Source: Defluviitaleaceae bacterium
GTDB lineage: Bacteria; Bacillota; Clostridia; Lachnospirales; WRAX01
Direction: 5' to 3'
DNA: 62,767 bases
NCBI GenBank assembly: GCA_009785595.1
Contig: WQVZ01000002.1
Location: forward strand, 1-62,767
Part shown: positions 36,536 through 45,457 of the stretch, one piece after another
How the letters are laid out: each line of letters begins with the position of its first letter
Position numbering within the stretch: the first letter of the stretch is position 1
Notes under the pieces: generated by a model
Told to the model about the DNA's origin: nothing
The model's input: only the letters and a program-made list of their open reading frames with translations
The model's database searches: none
Program-made: the position numbers and the translations under genes

Positions 36536-36883
36536 ATGAACAAATCAGTATTTGGTTTAAACGAAAATTTGGCGGCGGCCCTGGCATATCTAGGCGTCTT
36601 CGTGTCTGGCATCGTGGTTTTGGTGCTGGAAAAAGAAAACAAATTTGTGCGCTTTGCGGCCCTGCAATCCACAATCTTTTTCTTGGCGGCATTCATTGTC
36701 GGCGGCATTTTGGACTGGCTTACCTGGATACCCCTTCTCGGTGGCCTTATCGGTCTTGTCCACGGCATTTTCAGTATTGCGGCCCTGCTTGTCTGGCTTT
36801 ACCTTATGTTTACCGCCTATAAGGGCCAGGCTGTAAAACTACCCATCTTAGGCGATATTTGCTGGGATCAAGTGCATAAGTAA
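36536..36883 (+). CDS. DUF4870-like membrane protein
   Basis: LAYLGVFVSGIVVLVLEKENKFVRFAALQS signature. Confidence 0.55.
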   Translation: MNKSVFGLNENLAAALAYLGVFVSGIVVLVLEKENKFVRFAALQSTIFFLAAFIVGGILDWLTWIPLLGGLIGLVHGIFSIAALLVWLYLMFTAYKGQAVKLPILGDICWDQVHK

Positions 36884-36894
36884 AAAAATATGAA

Positions 36895-37314
36895 TTACAA
36901 GTTAATGCCACCACCTGCTTGCGGGTGGTTTTTTTCGTTTGCGGGTGCAAAGTTTTGTTGATAATAGCTATTTAAGCATTCAAAACTGCTCTCGCTGATA
37001 ACGTGCTCCAGCTTACATGCATCCGCAAAAGCAGTCTTTTCGTCAACACCCAGCGCAATAAGAAAATTCCCTATGAGCAGGTGGCGCCGATAGGTACGTT
37101 TTGCAACTTGGGCACCTTTGTCTGTCAGGGTTATGCTGTGGTTATTGTCCACCTCGATGCAGCCGCTTTCTTTTAGCTGCTTTAACGCTATGCTTATGCT
37201 GGCTCTGGCATATCCGGTGTGTTTTACAATGTCCACGGCCCGTACATTGTTTTTACCCTTACCTATCACCAAAATCGCTTCCAGATAGTCTTCCGCAGAT
37301 GCTCGTATCTTCAT
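36895..37314 (-). CDS. DtxR/MntR-family metal-dependent transcriptional regulator
   Basis: SAEDYLEAI..., a winged HTH and a metal-binding/dimerisation domain. Confidence 0.8.
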   Translation of the reverse strand: MKIRASAEDYLEAILVIGKGKNNVRAVDIVKHTGYARASISIALKQLKESGCIEVDNNHSITLTDKGAQVAKRTYRRHLLIGNFLIALGVDEKTAFADACKLEHVISESSFECLNSYYQQNFAPANEKNHPQAGGGINL

Positions 37315-37343
37315 TTGACCCACCCCTGCACACATTAAATTTT

Positions 37344-37412
37344 TTGTCAATAGCTATTGACAAGCCTGTTAGTATATGCTAACATATTTGTTAGTTAGTG
37401 TCAACTAACAAA
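37344..37412. promoter_or_regulatory. divergent promoter/operator region with three palindromes
   Basis: The three palindromes are TTGTCAATAGCTATTGACAA (a perfect 20-mer containing TTGACA on both strands), TGTTAG-N6-CTAACA and TTTGTTAGTT-N6-AACTAACAAA. Confidence 0.5.
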
Positions 37413-37435
37413 TAATTATTCTAAAGAGGTGCTTT

Positions 37436-38263
37436 ATGAACGACATCACATTCGCATTTTTACTGACTATAATTGCAGGCACGGCCACAGGCGTGGGCGG
37501 CCTTGCCATTCTGTTTTCCAAAAAAACAAGCAAAAAGTTTTTGTCCATTTGCCTTAGTTTTTCCGCAGGGGTCATGCTTTATATTTCATTTGCCGAAATA
37601 TTGCTGGAGGCCTTTGAAGACCTTGAATACGCATTAGGCGATGGCATTGGGTATTTGGCCGCAACCATAGCGTTTTTTGTGGGCATACTTCTTGTAGCCA
37701 TTATAGATAAGTTTATCCCTCATGGTGATGAAGTTACAGAGCTGGCGGAATACGCAAAACAAGGTAACAGTGAAGCGCTTGCTCAAAAAGACAAAAAAGA
37801 ATTAAAGCGTACAGGGGTTATGGCGGCAATCGCTATCGCGATACATAACTTACCCGAAGGTATTGTTATTTTTATGGCGGCAATTCATGACCCCGCTTTG
37901 GGCATTGCCATAGCCCTTGCCATAATACTACATAACATCCCAGAGGGTATTGCCACGGCTGCTCCTATTTATTACTCCACAGGAAGCAGGGCAAAAGCAC
38001 TTTTGTTTGCCTTTGTCACAGGATATGTCCAACCCATAGGCGCGCTCATCGCATGGTTTTTGATGCGAAATGTTTTTGACAACATGGAGGCCGCTTTTGG
38101 CATCGCCTTTGCTGCCGTAGCCGGAATTATGGTATATGTGGCGATACATCAGCTGTTGCCAGCGGCCCAAAAATTCGGAAAACATCACCTGGTTATGAAG
38201 TGGCTGTTTGCAGGGATGGCAGTTATGGCGATTAGCTTGGTTGCCCTGGAATTCGTTTTTTAA
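37436..38263 (+). CDS. zupT: ZIP-family zinc transporter ZupT
   Basis: Two HNxPEG motifs and eight TM segments. Confidence 0.85.
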   Translation: MNDITFAFLLTIIAGTATGVGGLAILFSKKTSKKFLSICLSFSAGVMLYISFAEILLEAFEDLEYALGDGIGYLAATIAFFVGILLVAIIDKFIPHGDEVTELAEYAKQGNSEALAQKDKKELKRTGVMAAIAIAIHNLPEGIVIFMAAIHDPALGIAIALAIILHNIPEGIATAAPIYYSTGSRAKALLFAFVTGYVQPIGALIAWFLMRNVFDNMEAAFGIAFAAVAGIMVYVAIHQLLPAAQKFGKHHLVMKWLFAGMAVMAISLVALEFVF

Positions 38264-38424
38264 TAAGCCTGCACAATCTCATCAACAACACATCCCGAGC
38301 CAAGGGAAGAATCTTCTGGACAGCAAAAGACATGACTCTTCCCTCGGCTCGAGGATGGCAGCAAAATAGCAGTTGATAATATCTGCATAAAATCATATCG
38401 TCATAAAAATTACTGAAATTGCTA

Positions 38425-38453
38425 TTGACAAAGCAAAAAAGCTGTGCTACACT
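38425..38453 (+). promoter_or_regulatory. candidate sigma-A promoter upstream of tRNA-Ala
   Basis: TTGACA, 17 nt, then TGC-TACACT. Confidence 0.4.
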
Positions 38454-38493
38454 TACCATCGTTGGTGTAGTTTAATTAAACATGGAAAATCGC

Positions 38494-38515
38494 GGGGGAT
38501 TAGCGCAGCTGGGAG
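38494..38515 (+). pseudogene. duplicated 5' fragment of tRNA-Ala (acceptor 5' arm + D-arm)
   Basis: GGGGGATTAGCGCAGCTGGGAG matches the first 22 nt of the tRNA at 38638 at 21 of 22 positions. Confidence 0.7.
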
Positions 38516-38637
38516 GACGGACTGGTCGGCTACACATCCCCGAAAAATGTCCTCCGAATGAATGGCAGTGAAAATCATTTTCCACTAAGTGAATGGCAGT
38601 ATTATAATTGCATATTTTTCCCAGAAATGGGAATTAT

Positions 38638-38710
38638 GGGGGATTAGCGCAGTTGGGAGCGCGCCTGACTGGCAGTCAGGAGGTCACCGGTTCAAGTCCG
38701 GTATTCTCCA
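38638..38710 (+). tRNA. tRNA-Ala (anticodon GGC)
   Basis: Cloverleaf by eye. G3:U70 identity pair, anticodon arm CCTGA-CTGGCAG-TCAGG, T-loop TTCAAGT. Confidence 0.8.
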
Positions 38711-38714
38711 TCCT

Positions 38715-38751
38715 AAATCCCCTGAAAGCCGTGCTTTCAGGGGATTTTTTT
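38715..38751 (+). terminator. rho-independent terminator
   Basis: 15-bp stem AAATCCCCTGAAAGC/GCTTTCAGGGGATTT extended by a run of Ts (last 3 stem Ts plus 4 more, 38745-38751). Confidence 0.8.
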
Positions 38752-38881
38752 GTTATGGAATCTTAATGTGATTGATCAAAACTGCTATAAAAAATCGACC
38801 ATTTTTGTAACTTTGTGTCACTAAAAGGAGGCTGTGGCCTTGCTTTTCTTGTTAATTTTCTGCATAATTATTCGGTAAGAA

Positions 38882-39017
38882 TAGACCTGTTCGCAAACTG
38901 CTTCACACAATTTCTTTTGGCGCACGGCTCTCGACAGCTTTGCCCAAAAACATGGCAAAGCGTCTGCCGCCTACCACGCCAATAAATTGGTTCAGCAAGG
39001 TTTCCGAACAGGCCTAA
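38882..39017. repeat. MITE-like element, long form (M4, 136 bp)
   Basis: TAGACCTGTTCGCAAAC ... GTTTCCGAACAGGCCTAA. Inverted relative to M3; the ends are conserved and the centre is divergent. Confidence 0.7.
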
Positions 39018-39292
39018 TATGTCAAAATAGCATACGCAGGAGGTAAAAATAGCAAGAGTGAGAAGCGTAAAGGAAAGCGGCAAAAATAGCAGACCGAATG
39101 CAACCGCTCAGTACAAAAAGAAAACTGGAAAAGATGTACCGCCAAACATGGTGATTAACGCTGTACTTGTTTCACGGTCATGCCGTTGCGCTCCGCGACA
39201 ATCTCATTTGAATATAATTTCTATAAGAATATAATTTCAGATATAAGATATTAGTCGCTAGATAATTTTTAATAGAGGAAGGGAACAATCAT

Positions 39293-39805
39293 GAGAAAAG
39301 TCAAAATTAAAAACATAGCTGACTTCTTCACGAAAATGGATAAGCATTAGTGCATCTAAATTAATATCAAGAGGAGAAAAAGCAAAATATGAGTCACTGA
39401 ATAGCAGCTTCTTTAGGAGTGACGTTGATTGTTCTCTGAATACCTTGGTCAACAAATATTTTAGCATTGTAAGATATGCAACAGAATCACTTTTTAACCT
39501 TTTCACAACATCATGGTACTCCTACAAACCTGCTTGACTTCACTACATCCCCATTAATTTCCCTCTATTTTTCGCGTCAAGATGATGACTCGAATGTAGG
39601 TTGCGTATATTTTATTGACGAAAACAAAATTATTGATATGAGCAAATATATTATGTCTTATGACTTTAACTGCTTAGAGGAAATACTCGGCTTTTCTGAT
39701 AATGCTACTGATATAACGCATTATTTCATCAAAAAATTTGCGGAGATCTGTGAATGTCCAAGTAGCAATGCTCAGTCTCTTATATCGATTTACTTGCACA
39801 AGTAA
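39293..39805 (+). pseudogene. FRG-domain gene remnant (N-terminal half, disrupted)
   Basis: The pieces MRKVKIKNIADFF...*, ...SRGEKAKYESLNSSFFR... and QHHGTPTNLLDFTTSPLISLYFS lie in different frames with an in-frame stop. The patch is AT-rich. Confidence 0.6.
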
Positions 39806-39921
39806 ATGGCATATCAATTAAATTAGTAAATACTGATCAAATTGAATTTCTAAAGAAAATTGAAGATGAAATCAATTCGAATGGACTAAATAATCCTACA
39901 GAAAGAAGTATACTCTATTTT

Positions 39922-40449
39922 TTAGTTGTGCTCAAAATGCATATCCAACTCTTCCGCATATATGGGGGTTTGATGGTCAAAAACAAACCCACACTTTTCT
40001 ATAACCCGCTGGGATTGGTGGTTTATAGAGAAGTGGGCGCAGGTGAGCAAATCCATATCCATATAGGCAAAGGCATGGTCTATCATAGCCGTGGTGGCTT
40101 CGGCAGCCAGGCCGTGGCCCCAATAATCCGGATGCAGAACATAACCTATATCCGCGGATGTTAGGCGGCGAAATCTCTTATCCTCCGCCGCCCAGGATTT
40201 GTGCAGACCAAAAGAGCCGATGACTTTTTTGTCGGCCAGATGGAAAAGCGCCAGGCATTCCCGCCTAAACCAGTCACTACGTAGAAACGCCAGTGCCGCC
40301 TCCATAGTGGCATGAGCCTTCCAACCGGCCATTTCGCCTACGGTCGGTATAGACGCGTAGGCGAAAAAGTCCACAAGATCGCTTTCCATCCAAGGTCGCA
40401 TTAGCAGACGGTCTGTTTTTATTTGTGTATTTCGCAGGTCAATTTCCAT
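39922..40449 (-). CDS. GNAT family N-acetyltransferase (RimJ/RimL-like)
   Basis: TDRLLMRPW... pattern. Begins 10 nt after the lyase stop. Confidence 0.7.
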   Translation of the reverse strand: MEIDLRNTQIKTDRLLMRPWMESDLVDFFAYASIPTVGEMAGWKAHATMEAALAFLRSDWFRRECLALFHLADKKVIGSFGLHKSWAAEDKRFRRLTSADIGYVLHPDYWGHGLAAEATTAMIDHAFAYMDMDLLTCAHFSINHQSQRVIEKCGFVFDHQTPIYAEELDMHFEHN

Positions 40450-40459
40450 ATCGGCCTCT

Positions 40460-41908
40460 TTACAAGCTCTCGCCAAAATCTTTCCTAAACTGCGCGGCCA
40501 ATAGCTCCGGCCAGTTTCCTATGGGCTTTAAGCGGCCAAAGAAGAAACGCAGAACCTTTGGTTCTTCCACAAATTCCAGCCCGCCTATAAGATGGCGATT
40601 TTTAAACAGCCAGGCAATGCGGTCGGCTGTGTATTTTACCTGTGACAAGGTAAATACGCGCTTTGGCAGAGCAAGACGCAAAAGCTCCATATCCGCAATG
40701 CGTTCGGTGCCGTCGTCGTTGCGTTGTTCACTTAGGGTGCCGCGCTCCATACCTCTTACGCCGCCGCCAATAAACATAGCCGCCGCCAACGCACCGGCGC
40801 GGTATTGAGTTTCGGGGATATGCTCACAAAACAGCCCGGCATCTACGTGGCAACCAAGACCACCGGGAGGCGTGACAACAGGCACACCTTTTGTCAGCAG
40901 CTCATTGCACAGGGCTTCTACAAAAATAGGTGTCTGGCTGATTATATCAATATCCATGGTCTCTCGCATACCAACGGCCATTGCTTCCATTTCGCGCACG
41001 GACATGCCGCCATAGGTTAAAAAGCCTTCAAAAAGCGGCACAAGCTCCCGCATTTTAAGGAACAGCGCGTCATCAGACACAAGTATGCCGCCGCCCCGGG
41101 CCGAACCCAGCTTGCGGGCCGAAAAGTATACAATGTCCATAAATGACGCGATTTCTCGTGTAATCTCTTTTATATCCACATTTTTGTATTTTTCGTCACG
41201 GGTTTTGATGAAGTATAAGTTGTCTGCCAAAAGGCTGGCATCACACACCAACAAAATGCCATGCTGGCGGCAGATGCGGGATACCTCACGCATATTGTCC
41301 ATAGACACGGGCTGGCCGCCCACAAGATTGGCTGCGGCCTCTATGCGCATAAAGGCTATTTTTTCTTTGCCCAGACGGTTTATGGCCTCGTTAAGCCTGT
41401 CGATGTTAATGTCGCCCTTAAAGGGCATGTCGCTGCTGGTTTTAAGGGCCTCGTCAACAATAATCTCCTCAACACTGCCGCCCATTACGGTTATATGGGC
41501 CTTGGTTGTGGTAAAATGGTAATTCATCAACACAACCGACCCAGGTTTTACAAAGGTCTGGGCGATGATATTTTCGCAGGCGCGACCCTGGTGGGCGGGC
41601 AAAAAGTGCTTCATGCCAAAGATGTCTTGCAGCACACTCTCCAGCCGGAAAAATGTCTCAGACCCGGCATAGCTGTCGTCTGCCTGCATCATGGCAGCGT
41701 ATTGGTTTTCGCTCATGGCATTTACGCCGCTGTCTGTCAACATATCCAAAAATATGTCTTGGTTTTTAAGTAAAAAGGTGTTAAACCCGGCCTCTTGCAT
41801 ACATTTTAGGCGATCTTCTACGGGCAAAAGATTTACCCTTTGCACCATGCGCACTTTATGCATCTCCAACGGTACATTTTCTCCGGATAATAATTTTACA
41901 TTTGACAT
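40460..41908 (-). CDS. beta-eliminating lyase (tyrosine phenol-lyase / tryptophanase family, PLP-dependent)
   Basis: The sequence tracks recalled TPL/TnaA sequences along its whole length (LTDSGVNAMS, AGSETF, FKGDINIDRL, GGQPVSM, PLP-Lys region SARK). The HFTTTKAH block resembles the TPL YFTTTRYH more than the TnaA motif. Confidence 0.8.
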   Translation of the reverse strand: MSNVKLLSGENVPLEMHKVRMVQRVNLLPVEDRLKCMQEAGFNTFLLKNQDIFLDMLTDSGVNAMSENQYAAMMQADDSYAGSETFFRLESVLQDIFGMKHFLPAHQGRACENIIAQTFVKPGSVVLMNYHFTTTKAHITVMGGSVEEIIVDEALKTSSDMPFKGDINIDRLNEAINRLGKEKIAFMRIEAAANLVGGQPVSMDNMREVSRICRQHGILLVCDASLLADNLYFIKTRDEKYKNVDIKEITREIASFMDIVYFSARKLGSARGGGILVSDDALFLKMRELVPLFEGFLTYGGMSVREMEAMAVGMRETMDIDIISQTPIFVEALCNELLTKGVPVVTPPGGLGCHVDAGLFCEHIPETQYRAGALAAAMFIGGGVRGMERGTLSEQRNDDGTERIADMELLRLALPKRVFTLSQVKYTADRIAWLFKNRHLIGGLEFVEEPKVLRFFFGRLKPIGNWPELLAAQFRKDFGESL

Positions 41909-41945
41909 AGCGATTCTCCTCTTTTTTTAATTATTTCCTGCTCTG

Positions 41946-42258
41946 AAACAAAATAAGTCCCTGAGCAAGTAAGGACTTGCTCAGGGACGAGAAGAATCAT
42001 AATTCCCGCGGTACCACCCTGATTGCGACTTAACACAAGCCGCCACTCGACGGAATCAAGCAATTCCTACCCCTATAACGGTGGGCATCCGTATGTTCCT
42101 ACTAGATCACCATATTTCTTAGTGATTTTTCAAAACATCAGCTCGGGAGTGTATTTACATATCCGTCAGCACCTGCTTGCACCAACCGCAGTATCTCTGT
42201 TTGTCGGCATTTTGCCGAACATGCTGATTAAAGATATCTTTCTCTCCGTCATGGCCTT
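41946..42258 (-). promoter_or_regulatory. T-box riboswitch leader, apparent Tyr (UAC) specifier
   Basis: On the minus strand: AGAGA bulge, GGTTGGTGCAAGC distal loop, specifier loop GTAAA-TAC-A, T-box AATCAGGGTGGTACCGCGGG, then a 13-bp terminator GTCCCTGAGCAAG/CTTGCTCAGGGAC and a U-tract. Confidence 0.75.
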
Positions 42259-42264
42259 TTTGGC

Positions 42265-42293
42265 ATTATACGACATGCAAAAACAAAAGTCAA
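42265..42293 (-). promoter_or_regulatory. sigma-A promoter of the T-box-lyase-GNAT operon
   Basis: TTGACT, 17 nt, then TATAAT on the minus strand. Confidence 0.6.
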
Positions 42294-42433
42294 GAGTTTT
42301 TTTGTGGAATGTTTTTACATTTTTTAGTGACTGCACAGGGTCGCCAGCACGAAATTAGCGCAAATGGAAAAAATTCACCATCATAGAATTTTTTCGCAAG
42401 CGCAGAATAATCCAAATAAGGAGGACAGCCTTT

Positions 42434-43063
42434 ATGGACATATATATTAAGCCCAAAAAAAAGGCGGCCCTTGTGGGCAAGGCTGACGTGACAGTAAAGG
42501 ACATTGCCGATGTGTATGCCCCGGCAGACATGCAAAAACGGGTGGAGGGCGTGAAGCTCTTGACCACGGACGGCGCGGACGGGGTATATTTGGTGTCGGT
42601 TATTGATGTGGTAAAGGCCGTGACGGCAACATTGCCCGGCCACACTATAACCAATTTGGGAGAAATGGACACCATGGTAAGCATAAAGGCCAAGCCACCC
42701 AAGAAGCGGCCTTTTGTAAAGTGGCTGAAGGTTGCCATGGTGTCTTTGGTGTTGTTTGTGGGGGCGTCCAGTGCCATTATGGCTTTTCATACGGATTCCC
42801 AGCTGACCGCCGTATTTAAGCAATACCACAAGATGTTTTTTGGCCAAGAGGTGGAAAAGCCGCTAATCATCAACATCCCCTACTCCATCGGTCTGGCCCT
42901 GGGCATTGTGGTGTTTTTTAACCACTTTGGCGGCAAACGGCTGACCAAAGAACCCACACCCATAGAGGTAGAAATGGCCACATACGAAAAGGACGTGGAG
43001 GACGCGGTTATCCAAACAATTGAACTGAAAAACGAAAAGCAGGAAAAGAGAGAAAACAAATGA
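42434..43063 (+). CDS. spoVAA: stage V sporulation protein AA
   Basis: N-terminal soluble domain plus two TM segments. First gene of the spoVA cluster, with an AAGGAGG RBS. Confidence 0.75.
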   Translation: MDIYIKPKKKAALVGKADVTVKDIADVYAPADMQKRVEGVKLLTTDGADGVYLVSVIDVVKAVTATLPGHTITNLGEMDTMVSIKAKPPKKRPFVKWLKVAMVSLVLFVGASSAIMAFHTDSQLTAVFKQYHKMFFGQEVEKPLIINIPYSIGLALGIVVFFNHFGGKRLTKEPTPIEVEMATYEKDVEDAVIQTIELKNEKQEKRENK

Positions 43064-43497
43064 CGATTTTGCAAAGCATCGCTGTTATTTTTATTGGCCT
43101 GGCCAGTGGTATGGTGGTTAGTGGGGCGGTTTTTGCCTTTATCGCGGCCATTGGGGTGGTGCCGCGCATGGCCAAACGCACAGCCACGCCAGAGTGTATA
43201 GTTATTTACGAAGAGGCCATTATATGGGGTGGTATTTTCGGGGCATCTGCCATGATTATTGACTGGCGGCTGCCCAGCTGGCCTGTGGCCGCCGGGCTTG
43301 TGGGTATTTTTGGCGGGGTGTTTTTTGGTGTGCTGGCCATGAGCCTGGCAGAAACATTGGACGTGCTGCCCATATTGTCCAAGCGGCTGGCTATCAAAGA
43401 AGGTGTATTTTGGTTTGTGCTGGCCATCGCAATGGGCAAAATGGCAGGGTCGTTGCTGTATTTTATTGTGTCGGGGTTTTACACTCCGCAAGGCTAG
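43060..43497 (+). CDS. spoVAB: stage V sporulation protein AB
   Basis: 145-aa four-TM protein. Its start overlaps the spoVAA stop. Confidence 0.75.
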   Translation: MTILQSIAVIFIGLASGMVVSGAVFAFIAAIGVVPRMAKRTATPECIVIYEEAIIWGGIFGASAMIIDWRLPSWPVAAGLVGIFGGVFFGVLAMSLAETLDVLPILSKRLAIKEGVFWFVLAIAMGKMAGSLLYFIVSGFYTPQG

Positions 43498-43507
43498 GAG
43501 GAGTTAC

Positions 43508-43951
43508 ATGAATATTGGCACATCAAAAAAAGAATACGACAAAATGGTAAAGCAGGCATCGCCAAACAGCCGCATAGGGGCCAATTGTGTTAGAGCTTTT
43601 TTGGTGGGTGGGGCTATTTGTGTCTTTGGCCAGGGACTTAGCAGTATATTTATGGCCATGGGGGCAGACAAAGACATGGCGGGCACCCTAGTGGCTGTTG
43701 CACTGATATTTTTGGCTATTTTGGTTACAGGCCTAGGCAAATATGATGATTTGGTAACCTTTGCAGGAGCAGGAGCCAGCGTGCCCATAACAGGCTTTGC
43801 CAATGCGGTGGCGGCTCCTGCCATAGAATTTAAAAAAGAAGGCTATATAATGGGTGTGGGGGCAAAGATGTTTTTGATAGCCGGTCCGGTGATTGTGTAC
43901 GGCACGCTGGCGTCTATGGTTGTGGGGTTGATATATTATTTTGTTCGATAA
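43508..43951 (+). CDS. spoVAC: stage V sporulation protein AC
   Basis: KEYDKMVKQASPNS...AFLVGGAICVFGQ signature. Confidence 0.9.
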   Translation: MNIGTSKKEYDKMVKQASPNSRIGANCVRAFLVGGAICVFGQGLSSIFMAMGADKDMAGTLVAVALIFLAILVTGLGKYDDLVTFAGAGASVPITGFANAVAAPAIEFKKEGYIMGVGAKMFLIAGPVIVYGTLASMVVGLIYYFVR

Positions 43952-43962
43952 GAGGTGACAGT

Positions 43963-44973
43963 ATGCTGAAACGATACGGCCGCCAGACGGTGTTGTTTAA
44001 CAGTCCGGTGGGCATAATGGCCACGGCATCAGTAGTAGGGCCAAAAGAGGGCCAGGGGCCGTTGGCCGCGTATTTTGACCAAATAGAGGCCGACCCCATG
44101 TTTGGTACCGAAAGTTGGGAAAAAGCCGAAAGTAAATTTGCAGAAACAGCGGCGGAGATGGCAGCAAAAAAGGCCGATACGGCCATTGGGGATTTTGAAT
44201 ATATAATAGCAGGTGACCTGCTAAACCAAAGCACGGGCAGTATATTTGGCCTGCGTAATACCAACGCACCATACCTGGGTATTTTTGGCGCATGTTCCGC
44301 CATGGGCGAAGGTATGAGCCTTGGGGGAATGCTGATAGACGGGGGTTTTGCCCAAAAGGTGATATGTCTGGCATCCAGTCATTTTTGCTCGGCAGAAAAA
44401 CAGTTTCGTTTTCCCTTGGAATTCGGCTCACAAAGGCCGCCCACATCCAGCTGGACCGTAACAGGCTCTGCCGCCGTGGCCCTTGGCGGCACAACTGGTG
44501 GCCCATCAGTAATGGGCTGTACCACCGGCAAAATGGTAGACATGGGCGTGACAGATGCCAATAATATGGGGGCAGCCATGGCTGGGGCGGCGGCAGATAC
44601 CATTGTTGCGCATCTAACAGATACGGGGCGCAGTACGGATTATTATGACAAGATTATCACGGGGGATTTAGGATATATAGGCCAAGAGCTGTTGCTGGCC
44701 CTGGTAAAGAAAAAGGGATATGATATAACCCATAAACACATTGACTGCGGCATAGAGATTTTTGATAAAAACACCCAAGATACCCTGGCGGGCGGTAGTG
44801 GGTGTGCTTGCAGCGGCGTCACCTTTGCGGGATATTTTTATGATAAAATGAAACGGGGCGAGCTTAATAAAATCCTTTTTGTGCCAACAGGGGCACTGAT
44901 GAGCCCAACCAGCGTACAGCAGGGCGAGAGCATACCGGGCATTGCCCATGCTGTGGTCATTGAAAATGCTTAA
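43963..44973 (+). CDS. spoVAD: stage V sporulation protein AD
   Basis: Thiolase-like fold with VVGPKEGQGPL and GACSAMGEG. Confidence 0.9.
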   Translation: MLKRYGRQTVLFNSPVGIMATASVVGPKEGQGPLAAYFDQIEADPMFGTESWEKAESKFAETAAEMAAKKADTAIGDFEYIIAGDLLNQSTGSIFGLRNTNAPYLGIFGACSAMGEGMSLGGMLIDGGFAQKVICLASSHFCSAEKQFRFPLEFGSQRPPTSSWTVTGSAAVALGGTTGGPSVMGCTTGKMVDMGVTDANNMGAAMAGAAADTIVAHLTDTGRSTDYYDKIITGDLGYIGQELLLALVKKKGYDITHKHIDCGIEIFDKNTQDTLAGGSGCACSGVTFAGYFYDKMKRGELNKILFVPTGALMSPTSVQQGESIPGIAHAVVIENA

Positions 44974-45017
44974 AAAGATTGTCGCCCAAAGGCGACACAA
45001 TGAACGGAGTCGATAAT

Positions 45018-45371
45018 ATGCAATACATCTGGGCTTTTTTGGTGGGCGGCGCAATTTGTGTCGTCGGGCAAATTCTAATAGACAAAACCAAACTAACTTC
45101 CGCTAGGATACTTGTGTTTTTCGTGGTAGCCGGCGTAATTTTAGGCGGCCTTGGCCTATACCACCATCTGGTAGAATTTGCCGGTGCCGGTGCCACCGTG
45201 CCCTTGCCGGGCTTTGGCAACCTGCTGGCCAGGGGTGTTAAAGAAGAAATAGACCGAGCAGGAGCCATAGGCATTTTAACCGGCGGCCTAAAAATGGCGG
45301 CGGCCGGCATAATGGCGGCAGTATTCTTTTCTTTTGTGGCGGCCCTTATTTTTGAACCCAAAGCCAAGTAG
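45018..45371 (+). CDS. spoVAE: stage V sporulation protein AE (AEB-type)
   Basis: MQYIWAFLVGGAICVVGQILID signature. GGAG RBS precedes ATG 45018. Confidence 0.85.
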   Translation: MQYIWAFLVGGAICVVGQILIDKTKLTSARILVFFVVAGVILGGLGLYHHLVEFAGAGATVPLPGFGNLLARGVKEEIDRAGAIGILTGGLKMAAAGIMAAVFFSFVAALIFEPKAK

Positions 45372-45457
45372 TCAAAAACAAAAACAACCCCGCGCCCGGC
45401 AAGCGTGGGGTTGTTTTAATTAATACACCGTGGCTACCATCATCCTCTAAAAAAGTA

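Noticed and set aside
38826-38880. A tiny hydrophobic ORF (about 12-14 codons, ...LLFLLIFCIIIR) after an AAAGGAGG motif, considered as a type I toxin-like peptide.
   Set aside because: It is too short, the start codon and spacing are ambiguous, and it lies in decayed AT-rich DNA next to a MITE. The call cannot be supported.
42205-42222. The hairpin GTCGGCATTTTGCCGAAC inside T-box stem I, considered as a possible REP insertion.
   Set aside because: It shares only the central GGCA-TTT-TGCC core, lacks the GGGCG/CGCCC ends and the head, and may be a normal stem I subdomain.
42294-42433. Search for a sigma-G/sigma-F type promoter upstream of spoVAA.
   Set aside because: A CATCATA -10-like element is present, but no acceptable -35 (G-H-A-T-R) lies at 17-18 nt spacing. 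I made no call.
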